DNA of 64,000 nt, taken from the NCBI RefSeq assembly GCF_000315625.1, contig NW_005434635.1:531617-595616 (forward strand). Direction: 5' to 3'. Position 1 is the stretch's first letter. Every line of letters starts with the position of its first letter. The notes under the pieces were generated by a model. It had not been told where the DNA came from. It saw nothing but the letters and a program-made list of their open reading frames with translations, and ran no database searches. Below are positions 12,701 to 24,404 of this stretch, piece by piece. The position numbers and the translations under genes were made by a program. Source of the stretch: Guillardia theta CCMP2712 (Eukaryota > Protista > Cryptophyta).

Positions 12701-13098
12701 GAGTTTGGCAGGCGACACCCAAGTTGTTTCTTTCCGCTCTTTATGGCACAACATCTTCATTAGGATCCTTTATTGTTTGCAGACATCCTGTACACTTCTT
12801 TCAACTACATAGATTTACTCACACAAAGCTGTAACTAGTTCACACAAAACCTGATGTTAAATACACAGCACGAAAGTATGAATAAAACGATGAAACTTTG
12901 ATAAGATGAATGAAAATGATTACAGGCTTACTTAGCGACACATCAGGCTCATCAGCGATAGATATGCAACTTCTTTCAGTGATTCAAAATGATAGTTGTG
13001 TATCCTCAACTCCCCCGCGCTGGATGCTATTCACTCTACCGAGACTTCCCTGGTCTCAAAATCGATGAACTTTCAATCCTCTGACCTCGTCAACATGT

Positions 13099-13198
13099 NN
13101 NNNNNNNNNNNNNNNNNNNNNNNNNNNNNNNNNNNNNNNNNNNNNNNNNNNNNNNNNNNNNNNNNNNNNNNNNNNNNNNNNNNNNNNNNNNNNNNNNN
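13099..13198. other. Assembly gap (100 N)
   Basis: N run. Confidence 1.
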
Positions 13199-13200
13199 AC

Positions 13201-13460
13201 GCTCCAGCCAGCTCCAGCCAGCTCCAGCCAGCTCAGCCAGCTCCAGCCAGCTCCAGCCAGCTCCAGCCAGCTCCAGCCAGCTCAGCCAGCTCCAGCCAGC
13301 TCCAGCCAGCTCCAGCCAGCTCAGCCAGCTCCAGCCAGCTCAGCCAGCTCAGCCAGCTCCAGCCAGCTCCAGCCAGCTCCAGCCAGCTCCAGCCAGCTCC
13401 AGCCAGCTCCAGCCAGCTCCAGCCAGCTCCAGCCAGCTCCAGCCAGCTCCAGCCAGCTCC
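13201..13460. repeat. 10-bp minisatellite (GCTCCAGCCA)n with 9-bp variants
   Basis: About 26 units directly visible, adjacent to the gap. Confidence 0.95.
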
Positions 13461-14355
13461 TTCCTCGCTCGCATTAAGCGGGAGGCACTGCATGCAAGAT
13501 GGACGGTGAACGCATGCCCGCAGCTGTCAACTCGTTTCTGACATGCAACAGAAGCTAAATCCGATCTCCTCCAAGTCCTGTCGAGACTCGAAGCGCACTG
13601 GGTGGTGCTGGAAGCAGGTTTTCTCGAGCACTCAGCATCTGCTTCTCATGCCATGTTGTAGAACTGGTCGAAATCAACAAAGACATTTTGTTTTGTGAGC
13701 AATGCTTGCAAAAGTATGGGTGAGAGTCAAACAGCAAAGTATGTAGCGTTGTGAATGATTTCTGTCCTTCCTCCAGAGAGCATTTCTCTTTCCCATTGCA
13801 TCATCTGAAGGTGCTTTTTTTGTTTGTTGTGATGGTGGTGAGCTTGGATGGCATTGAATTGAGGTTGGCAGGAATTGAAAAAAAGTAAGAAGCACAAGAT
13901 GAAAGAAATCATTCGCACGATGGAAGCATTCAATTCAAATTTGGTCGGAGGAAGGAGACTCGTCAAACTACTCGAAAGAGAGATGGCAAGCTCTTTTATT
14001 CAGACACTCTCATTCTAATCTTCAATTTTTTTCTTTTTAGCCAATTGCGGGCACAGGAACTTCATTCCGGAATGCCCCAAGCTGATTGGAGGCAAGAACC
14101 TCCATCTATCTGCCGGATCATCAAAAATTCTTGTCAAAAAACTGTTGTGTGTGTTTGTGTTGTTGCTGTTGAATTGAATTAAAGTGTAGTCATTCTCATG
14201 CACGCGTCATGTGAAGATTCGAAGCAAGTGAAGGAGTCTTGTTACATGAGGTCTTAACGTTCTGAAAGCTTTGAAGCTGGCAACAAATATGAAGATTAGA
14301 GGCTTCACGTTGTAAATCTAATGGTGTATTGATGTGAACAAGATCATTCATGTAG

Positions 14356-15161
14356 TTATGCTTCAACAAGTTGCCCAGCTACTGATTGCAGACTGCGGTC
14401 GATGTTAGCACTTTCGAAGTAGGCAGCACAAGCTCACCAAACTGCCTCATAAAATCTTGAAGCTCAGGGACAGCCTTAGCAGATAGAACCTGGCATATCA
14501 TTTTAACTTCATTTCACGTGTATCATGGAACAAATCTAAGAATGCGGCAAACAAGGTTTCCTACATACCGGGAACTTGTAGGTGATGATTGCATAGATCC
14601 ACTCTCCTGTTGTTCCACGTTTGGCCTGAATGTCCAGTGATGAGCATGTCGAAGGTACGTCATGCTGCAGATTACCCTAGCAAAGCAGAAGCCCTCTCCA
14701 TCCCGAGGATCAACCGAGTGGGTACGGCCATAGATCAGCCCGTCATCTTCGTAGAATCTGCAGTAACATGATTCAGAGAATGCATATGGAGACTGTATAT
14801 TATATCTCGTTACCGATGAACTTCGTAATTCTTCCCATCGATGTTGAATCCATTGCCAAACGTGGTGTCTTTGTCATTGAAGGCAGTCAAATAACCCTGC
14901 CACCGCATCATTTATGAATCGACTTGTTCAGAGTTGAAGTTCACCTTCAAATCCTGAATCGAGATAGATCCTTCCATTGAGAGAACCTTTCCGTTCGAGT
15001 CAAAGACCGCCTGAAAACAAAGTCTTAGTTTCTGGGTGGTTGCTGAGTGAAAAGAAAATGCGACAATGAAGCACAAGAAGAAATGATAGAACGACAGAAT
15101 AGTCAAGAACTAAGTGCACAAGATAGTGAAGGAGGAGGATGTTTCTTCCAGCATTGGCATA
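14356..15161 (-). CDS. Small multi-exon profilin-like protein
   Basis: Spliced exons give AVFDSNGKVL..GYLTAFNDKDTTFGNGFNIDGKNYEVHR FYEDDGLIYGR..GEGFCFAR..WIYAIITYKFP..SAKAVPELQDF, which is profilin-fold-like. Start uncertain. Confidence 0.45.
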
Positions 15162-15539
15162 CCCGGCGCGTCCATTCTGTCTTCTCCTTCAGCGCACGCT
15201 CCATGCTTCCCTCGCAGCCCTGTGTGGCTTGCAGCCTGCTTGACCTGTGCTGTACTCACAAAACCTGTCCCTCATCCCCGCGCATGTCGGGACTCGGAGT
15301 CGGCGGCCGGGCCACTCGCGCGCGCGGCGCCGGGCCCGGGCCCTGACGGTACGGTCGCCACCACTCAGAACTTGACCGGTGACCGGCGGGCAGCAGGTCT
15401 GCCGCCGTCAGGCCGCTGACTCCCGAGCGTGGCGGCAAGTCAGCGGCAGGGGCTCTCGCCGGACGGGATGAGAAGTAACGGTCGGACAGACTGCATAAGA
15501 CCTTTACAATGATTAAACGTTTATACTTTTGGCGCTTGC

Positions 15540-16845
15540 TCACTTCCTCTCAGCTTGGAAGTTGACATTCAACAACAGAAGTTTCATGGCTTTTGCGATG
15601 TTGATAGAAGGAGAAACCAACTGCGATGAATGTGACTTTGAGGAGTTGTAGCCTGACAAAGAAGAGGTTCGCACCAACAAGTATATCAGTGATGGATCAG
15701 CGTATACCGCCACGTCAGAGATCCTGAAATCTTATCAATCTAAAAGGAACCTTCCATTCTTCCATACCTTCCCAACCAAAAGGGAAATTGAATGCCAGAA
15801 ATCCGCCCGATTACTCTGAACATCGTTGCGAGGAGAGCGATTCCAACAGCGCTCAGCACCTGATACTTGATTCAAAATCCAAAATAAAGCAATCAAGCAA
15901 AAATATCTCGGTTCACCTCGTTCAACACGACAGATTGCGGATTCATGATGAAAGTGAACATGTCGTCAATAGAAACAAGGAGTGACACAAGACCAATCAA
16001 GATGTTCCTGTACAAAAAGGATAATGTCAGGAAATGATACACTATACATGCAAATGTATGCTTCTTAGCTGGTTGCTCATTTTTGCTTACATCTGGAATA
16101 GGTATGGCAGCAGAAGAATCTTGGGCGAAAGGAGACATTTGCATGCGAATATGAAAGTCCCAACGAATGAATGCAGGTTTAACAAAGTTGTCTTCTCAGT
16201 GGTCTGAACACTTGAATCACCAGAAACAACAGGACACGTAATTAAGATCTTCTAACCAGGAACGAGAAGAAATGGTTTCGAAAGGCAAAACTTGCAAGTA
16301 CTGTCGATCGTGGACATAGGATCATGCCCAACTCTGTCCACAAGGATTCGAAGTAATGATCCTGCCTCCACGTCCACCACTGATAGACAATCATTGCACA
16401 GCTTAAACTTAGTCTTTAAACACACCTGTATCAATTTGCTTTGCGGCGCTTGACGGTCCTCCACGTTTGCGATGTTCCCCGGAAGCGATGAAATCGCAGT
16501 TTGGTTCTCAAAGTTCAATCTTGAAGAGACGTCATCCAGGTTTGGTTCGGAAGATGTCAAGTTTGCGCTGGAGGAATTATCGCGGCCACCTCTCAATCGA
16601 TGCATGGAAAGCCAACTGCAATGAGAGGACATCTGGGTTGTTGAAGACGCACCAGGCCTTCCCGACAAGCCCACACCACAAGAAATGAGTAGCTTACAAC
16701 TTGTCGATCTGACAGCTGTTGCTGGTCTCACGTGAATGGCGATGGTAAAGGGGATCTCAGTACACCATGCTAGCATGAAGCAAACCACTCCCAGCTCTCC
16801 CATCCCTCGACCCAAGGCAAGGTGCACCATAGATCGCACCATAGA
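15540..16845 (-). CDS. Hypothetical multi-exon protein with signal peptide + RLRGG leader
   Basis: ORF 16252-16920 has a hydrophobic N-terminus followed by HRLRGG; downstream exons not resolved. Confidence 0.35.
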
Positions 16846-17386
16846 GCTCGAATTATTGCATCCAAGGCCAGCAGACCGGGCCCGGCCCCGGCGGCCGCGG
16901 GCCCGGTCTGATCCCAGCATCCCGGAGAGTACTGAGCTCTCGGAGTAGTAGCTGCTGGGCTAGAACTTTCTGAGAATTTCCTGGAACCGTCTCCACCTAC
17001 AGCAGCAGAATTTTAGAACTTTCTGAGTTGGATCTGCAAGAACTCATACCGATTTCTACGAACTTTTGGGGCTGATCCAGAGCTTCTTATAGAACTTTTG
17101 GTCAATTAATGCGAACTTTAGATGTAACTCGAGAACTTCTCTCAGAACTTTGGGGGATTTTTAGAATCGGGGAAGGAGCGGGAGAGTGATGGAAAACGAA
17201 GTCATGCTAGACCTGACAGTAGTATTGACAAGAGAGATCCAGTAGTGAGGAGAAAGCACAGAGCTACGAAAGCGTCGGAGATCTTTGTTAAAGTAACTAG
17301 AAAGATAGGGCCTGCAATGAAGAAGAAGCGCTTATTGCAAGAAGGAAAATGAAGTCATTGGAGTCTAACCTCTTCTTTAATAGACA

Positions 17387-19691
17387 ATGCCTGCAGACAT
17401 GTCCGATGATGAGATTCCATCTGACGGATCCTCTTCTCCGATGCCCATCTCACCTCGTGAAGCTAAGGTGACAAGTCATAGATGGTTTGCGGAGTGATGC
17501 TGACTTGGCGACAGGGAATGGAAAAGACTATCATTACTGAGGGGAGTGGCTGGGAAAAGCCTAAAGATGGCTATGAAGTTTTCGTGAGCATGAAGGGAAA
17601 GTTTAGTCGGGTGTTGGAAGATGGTTCAGAAGAGGACGAGGTTTTGTTCGATCAGACGGAAGGCGATGAAACAAGAAAGTACGTCCTTGGTTCCAACGTT
17701 CCTTGCAAAGGGCTTGAGGCGGCAATGTTGCAAATGAAGAAGGGAGAAAAGGTCATTCCAGGTCTGTTCCAAGTTCAGGATCGCTCACATTTTCTCCTCA
17801 GGCACTTGTTAAGTTGCAACCAGAAGCTGCATTTGGAGACGAAGGTCTTCCTGACAAGAGTGTTCCTCCGAAAGCTCGTGTCACGTATGAGGTCGAACTC
17901 AAAAGTTGGCACAAGGTCGAAGAAGTGAAGAAGACACATGGAGCTGTCAAGGTCTTGTACCTCGAGGAAGGGCAAGGGTACGAAAGGCCCAAGGCGCATG
18001 ACATCGTCTTCATCAAATATAAAGCCAGGCTTGAGGATGGATACGAAATCGGAACTCAGGCTATGGACACGGAAGAGTCGACACGTATCTGTGTAGAGGA
18101 CTTGCAGCCTGCAGGGCTCCGGCTTGCCGTCCAGGAATTGAAGAGAGGAAGCAAGGCAGTTGTCACCGCCAAGCCATCATATGCGTGGGGTTCGGAGGGA
18201 AGGTGAAAAGGAATGGAGCGGGAAGTAGTGAATTTGACAACTTTATGCAGCAAAGATCCTGCAGTTCCACCCGACGCAACGATTTTGTTTGATGTCGAGC
18301 TGAGCGATTTCCACACGGTGGAAGATGTCTGCAAGGACGGAGGAATCCAGGTGGAACTGTTCAACAAGCCCAGCTCGGTAAAGTGATTCGAACTGCCTGT
18401 ACACATTCTCATGCAACAGTCAGGCATGGAAGAAACCGAAGATCGGTTCGACTTGTGTGATCTCCTTCTCCGCAGCCGTTGAAGGAGGAGACGCTTGGGA
18501 CTCTCGTGAGTTCGCCTCGGGTCAGGGTCTCAAGGTCAACCTTGGAGAGCTGAATTCCGAGCACGAATGTAAGAAGTGGTTGCACGACTAGTCAAGTGAT
18601 TTGACACCATGTCACAAGGGCTCACCGATGGCTTTGAAAGAGCTCTCGAGCATCTGGTTGCAGGTCAAGAGGCATTTGTGAAGATCAAGGTTCAAGATTC
18701 TCTCTCAAAAAGATCGTATTTTTTGACTATCTGTTGTCTACTCCAGGCCAAATACGCCTTTGGTGACCAAGGCTATGGCGACAAGGTGAAGGCTGGCAGC
18801 ACGATCGAGTGTGTCAATATGTTTTCGTCTCTGCTTGTTACTGAATACTTCAAATTGTAGATACAAAGTGACGTTGGACGAGCTCATTGAAGGAAAGAGC
18901 ACATATTCGATGTCTTCATTGGAAAAACACGAGTTCGTGAACAAGTATAAAGAAGTTGGCAACCATTACTTCAAGCAAAATCAGGTTCTTCCAGCTTATT
19001 GTAACGAGGGTCTCCTGTCTTGTGACATGCTGTCGTAGAATACACGAGCTCTCCGCTTGTACAAGGCTGCAATGGAACCTGTGGAGTATCCTGATTCCGG
19101 TCAAGATGACGAGGAAAAGAAGGTGAGAAGTTGTGAAGGCACATGGCTGTGACAAGTTCCATGAGATTGTAAACCGCTTTTTCAGGCCGCCAAACAGCTC
19201 AAATCTGCATGTTTGCTCAACATGGCAGCCTGTAATGATAAACTAGAGGCGTGGTCTGAAGTAGTGTCTACCTGTAACAAAGTGAGCTCCTTTCTGCTGT
19301 TTTTCACCATCATGTGATGGTCGTTTTCCAGGTTCTCGAGATGGCAGACAATCCCAAAGCCAGATTCCGTCGTGCAAAAGCTTACATGCATCTGGGAAGA
19401 TTGGAGGTGAGATAGAGAAATGCGCCAACGCTTCGTTGCTGAAGATAATTCTCAGGAGGCGAAAGATGAATTCGTCAAACTGTCAGAGCAGAACCCCGAA
19501 GACAAGGTATGCCAGTTGCACGTGTCGTCCTGCTCTGATAGATGTCCGCAGGCTGTTCAGCAGCTCCTTGCCACCACCAGAAAGAGACAGAAGGAGCAAG
19601 ATGCCAAGGTAACCATCTTGCTTCTTCACTTTCTCTTGACTAATTCGCCTGATGAAAGGCAAAGTCGGTCTTCACCAAGATGTTTGGGTGA
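17387..19691 (+). CDS. Multi-FKBP-domain + TPR peptidyl-prolyl isomerase (FKBP62/ROF1-like), multi-exon
   Basis: KTIITEGSGWEKPKDGYEV, MKKGEK, VPPKARVTYEVEL, PPDATILFDVEL, KEVGNHYFKQ, LLNMAAC, KARFRRAKA, C-terminal FTKMFG*. Confidence 0.9.
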
Positions 19692-19786
19692 TCCGTCAAG
19701 AATTCATGTTGGGGCAGTCAGAACCCTTTCTTTTTGTAAATTGATATGAGTAAAACAAATATCGAATGATGAAAGTCTTCGAGTCG

Positions 19787-21229
19787 TTAGTCAGTCCACC
19801 CCGCTGAAGCTTTGCCAGCCTTCCCAACAATCACAACTTTGTCGATCCAAAATTCACCAATAACCCGACACTGAGAAGGATGATCTGAGGTCAACGAATT
19901 CAAATCTTTCAATATTGGTGTTTCAATTTTCGGCTCAATCGGCGGGAAAACTTCAGCTTCTTCAATTGTCCGTCTGAAAACTAACACGGAAGTAGTTGTG
20001 CTGTTTGCCTGGATCGCATTTGCTCGGTTGGCATTGTAGTCATATGATTCGATTTTGGTTTTCGAGATGAAGTTTGATGAGTTGCACGACTTGCCATTGT
20101 CTATCCTTTTTATCAATTTGTATGGATACAAATCCATAACTTCGTTTATCCATGTTTCAAGAACCTGCAACAAGTTACTTGACTTCTGAAAGACTTCAAT
20201 TCTAAAGGGACCTTATCCGTCCATTCAACGTGGTTTATGCTCAATTCTTCACTGTTCGGTAGCTCGGGAGATACACATATCATACAAATGACCTAGATAA
20301 TGAAGTATTACATCATTATTTTAGGGAAAAGCAAATACATGTGGCGGTTTAATTTCACCGAAAACAGAACGAGAAAGCTGAGGAATAGATTCGGGACTTG
20401 TTTCTTCCAACACATTCAATATTGTTGCAACTTGATATCCCCTTAATACGTGTTCAGCTTGTCTCACGTCCCCAAGACAAAGGAGAACCTTCATCGGGTC
20501 AACTGCAATAGATGTAGTCAGAAGCTTGATCAGAGATGGAATGATCTCACTTCTTGGTGAGATCACAGCTTTGAAAGGCACCGCACGATGAAAGCAATCA
20601 TAAACTGCATCAAGAGCATCTTTGCGGCGATCGACACACATGAATCTGTTGATTTGAGGTGATTTGCTATTTGCTCGCATTATGAACCTTCCAGAGCCAC
20701 AACCCACATCCAATACACTGTGAGCGTCCAGGTCATTCAACTGCTCACATACAGCGTTGTATGAAAACGTGATTAACTTGAGCAATTCTTTCCTATCATT
20801 GAAAGCTATATCTTCATCAAAAGCGTCTCGCTCCCAGAATGGCTTTCTTTCTTCCATCAAAGCAGCATTTCGGGCTCTCTCTTTGAAATCTGCGAAGGTA
20901 TCCACACATTTTTGTGCGACCATGTCACTGTTCTCCTTCTTCACTTTAGTTTTCATGTTACTCTGACTCTTGTCAAGCAAATTGAAATCTTGCCCAAAGT
21001 TCTCTCCTCCTGTAAAATGGGCCCATGTCTGGATGTTCGATTTCTTTTTCTTTGGTTTTGCAGGTTTGAGTCTTTCTCCTTTTCCTCCTCGCAGTCTTAT
21101 AGTAAGCCAGGGATAGAAGGCGCGAATCTCTAATTGTGTGGATGACAGTGAGAAGCCGCGGATGTTTGTTGTTGCTTCTGTCATGGCCCATGCCATGCAC
21201 ACAATCACAAGCACGTTGGTCGGACTCAT
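19787..21229 (-). CDS. HEN1-like RNA 2'-O-methyltransferase homologue with signal peptide + RLRGG leader
   Basis: VLDVGCGSG, ATILNVLEE (aligns with HEN1 EVIEH), VFGEIKP..PNSE..NHVEWT (HEN1 PNxE, HxFEW), ETWINEV, SVLVFRR. Confidence 0.55.
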
Positions 21230-22217
21230 AGCAGAGGTTATGAAGTTGGTAGAGAGACAGGAAGAGAGAGGAGGAGGCTGTGAAGTCCTCTCCTATCCAT
21301 GCGAATCAACATGGCGGCACGAGCATGACAGCATCGAGATGCTAGGGGAATCAGGCAAATCCGACAAGCCGTCACGATGCGACCATCCCTCACTGCATGG
21401 CGTCTTCAGCGGGCCCTCCTCAGGTATGAGTGGTCACATATCTAAAATTCACAACGGAAATGTAACGGACCCGTTTTGGCTCTTATCCTGCCTAATAGAA
21501 CCAAGGACCCCCTACCTCCCTTTTGTACCTACCACCCCGTAGTTTGACCACCGCAAGGCGCAGTGACCAGGCAGAACCCTCTTAAACAATACATTTGTAC
21601 CTTTTATAAGTACCGGTCTGTGTCAAATAATGTACCCCCACCCCTATTTTTTACTACCCTAACGGGCTACACCCTCACTTTGTCTGCCCCTTTTGCTCTC
21701 ATCCTGTCTTTCCCCTCCTCCCCCTCCTTCCCTGCTCCTTACCAGCTTCAGCTTCTCTGCCGCTCTCCTTCCTGTCTGCTGATCCCGCTTCCTTGTGCTC
21801 ATGTCGCACAAAACTCTTCACAGAAACTCAACCCGTCATTCTCCTTCATGTCTTCTTTCTAGCCATGCCATTATTGCATTCTCTGTCCTTCTTTACTGGA
21901 AAATTCACAGCCTTGTTGTTCTGAACCACTGAAGTTCTGTACCTTGATCAGCGTTGTTTTCCCACTCTCAGTCATCTTTTGTAAAGCATATAAACTTTTC
22001 TATCTCACCAGATTTTCTCTTAGTTTTCTGACTCGTTATGACCAGGGAGGGCAACTCTGCGGTTTGTCCACGTGGGTCCCAGCTCTGGAGAAACTACTTG
22101 TAATACACTTTGTGATCGTCGGAATATCTTGCAGCTCTGTTGACCTCGAGCAGACAGCATGATTTGCGGGTTCAATTCGACCTTGTGCGTTGGCGAACAA
22201 AACACGTCGTGAACTCA

Positions 22218-23895
22218 TGAAATCAGAGCCCGAAGGGCATTCCGTTCAGCGTTGGTTGACATATTCGCCAACCTTGTTTTTGATCGAGAGGAATGTTAGG
22301 TCGTAGTGAAAGTGGTACCACGATGTCAGTAGAATTCCTTCCTCTTTGCTCCCTCTGACCTGTTTGGCAGCTCGAATGCATCGGAAGCTGCAGCTAGTGT
22401 GAAGAAGGAAATCACTCACCCGAATGATGACAGTGAAGAAGAACTTGAAATTCAAAGCAATTACAGTCCATTCGAGTACGAGGATGATGGAGAAGAAACA
22501 GATGTGAGCGATGTGTCTGCTGGCCCATCGCGATCATATACCAAGAGCTGCTCACGGATCAATGACTGCATTCGTGAAGTTCGTGGATGTCTGTCCCTCA
22601 AAGACAGCCATCAAGGGGTGCAGGAGCAGTTAGAGCACGTGCACTTGCAGAATCAAGAGCGATCAAAGCAGCAGAGCCTGCATTGTGCGATGCAGCAACG
22701 GGAGATCAAGCAGGAGCAGGAGCAACGACATTCCCCCCAGGCAATAATTGATCAGCCTGCTCGAGCCTCGACTCAAGCTCAAGCTCAAGCTCAAGCTCAA
22801 GCCCAATTCATTGCAGCACAAGTGATGGATCCCCAGGCTCACATGCTAGTACACCAGGTGGTGGATACTCCAGCTCACATCATAAGGCCGCAGCCAGTGG
22901 ATGCTCGCGCTCATATCATAAGGCCACAGCCAGTAGATGCTCGCGCGCATTTGATTCGACCGCAACCCTTAGATGCTCGAACAAACATAATCCGACCGCA
23001 GCCTGTCGGTCCGCGTTCTCAATTTGTCCGACCTGTAATGGTAGACGCACTTCATCTAGGTACGGAGGGTCGAATCCAAACTTTGGACGCTTTGAATCTC
23101 GGCATAGATGCCCCTTTTGTTGTGGATGGATTGAATTACGCTTTGTTACGAAGGGAGATGGAAAATCGGTTCGGTGGTTTTGAAGGACACGAACATGCCT
23201 TCAGCTTGTTGGCAGTCAAGAAGGAAGAGAATGCTGACCAAGACGAAGACGACATGAAGGAAGACAATAATGAGGACGGTTCTTTAGGGGGAAAGCGTAT
23301 TCTCAATGCTGATCAAGAGGTTTCTGTCAAAAGAGCAAGAAACGCACAACAATTATGGATGAATTTGTCTGAAATTGTTTATCCTATCCTCAAGGTATGC
23401 TGTACGTGATCGTTTTGTTGCCTTTATTCTGTTTCAGGAGAAATCGAGAGGACATCCGCTTGAAGCTGTCATCAGCAAGGAAATGGAGAAGCTAAAAAAT
23501 GCCAAGAATCTGAAGCGGGTTCTTTTCGCATTCCTATACATCTGCTTGATAGAAGAAATGGTAATGATCGAATATGAAGAAGACAGTCAGGTATAGTCTC
23601 GGGCTTTCTGCATTTCGTTGACGTGAAATTGTTGCAGGCTTTCGCTGGAATCAAAGTGCTACAAGTCGTACCGGTTCACAGTGACAAGTTTTACAGGAGA
23701 TTGGTGATGTTGAAGTTTGGCATCTGGGTGGAGAATCCTGAGCAATCCATTGGCATCTTGCCGCTGACACCGGGACAAAAGAATGCTCTTCACAGCATCT
23801 TTCGGACGGTCAACTTAATACCCAATGTGACTGGAGCGTGGGATCAATGTTTCCGAGGGGACGGATACTTCATGCATTTCGCCGCAAAGACTTGA
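22218..23895 (+). CDS. Hypothetical multi-exon protein with 12-aa repeats (IIRPQPVDARAH)
   Basis: 336-aa ORF plus two downstream exons with GT-AG boundaries; 36-bp tandem repeat ~22855-23040. Confidence 0.55.
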
Positions 23896-24404
23896 ACGAG
23901 TTTTTTGGGCTTCTGATCGGGATGATGTATCAAAGGAGTTGTGTAAGATTCGTGTAGGCATTTTCAGTATAGCTAAGATGTTGATAAGTTAGTGAACATG
24001 CTGTAACCGTGCTTCTGATTTGTTGATGTCCGAGGCCGGTGACACGTGAATAGCACTCTGGGACTTGACTTGCCGCGGCCATAAAATGGCCGGTCGAATG
24101 CCCGGGGGCTTGACAAGCTCGCCTCAAGGTTTTCACACATGATCATACCGAGGCAGCATACTTTGCTATTGATTCTATGCATCAAAGACAAAAAGGCAGA
24201 AGAAAAGTTTGTCTTGTCCCCGAGGCATGTCCCCGCTATCGTCCCCGCTCTCTTTGTTTCGCCCCTCCTTGCTCGTCCCCTATTAAGCTCAGCCTCTCGT
24301 ATCCACAACTCTTATCTCCTCTCCCCCTCTCCTCCTCCCCTTCTCCTTCTCCCCTGATCTTCCCGTGTCGTCGTCTGGCCTTGTCTTTCTCTTTGTAGCG
24401 GACT

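Noticed and set aside
12996-13541. 181-aa SSQLQPAPA repeat ORF
   Set aside because: Translation of a 10-bp minisatellite spanning an N gap
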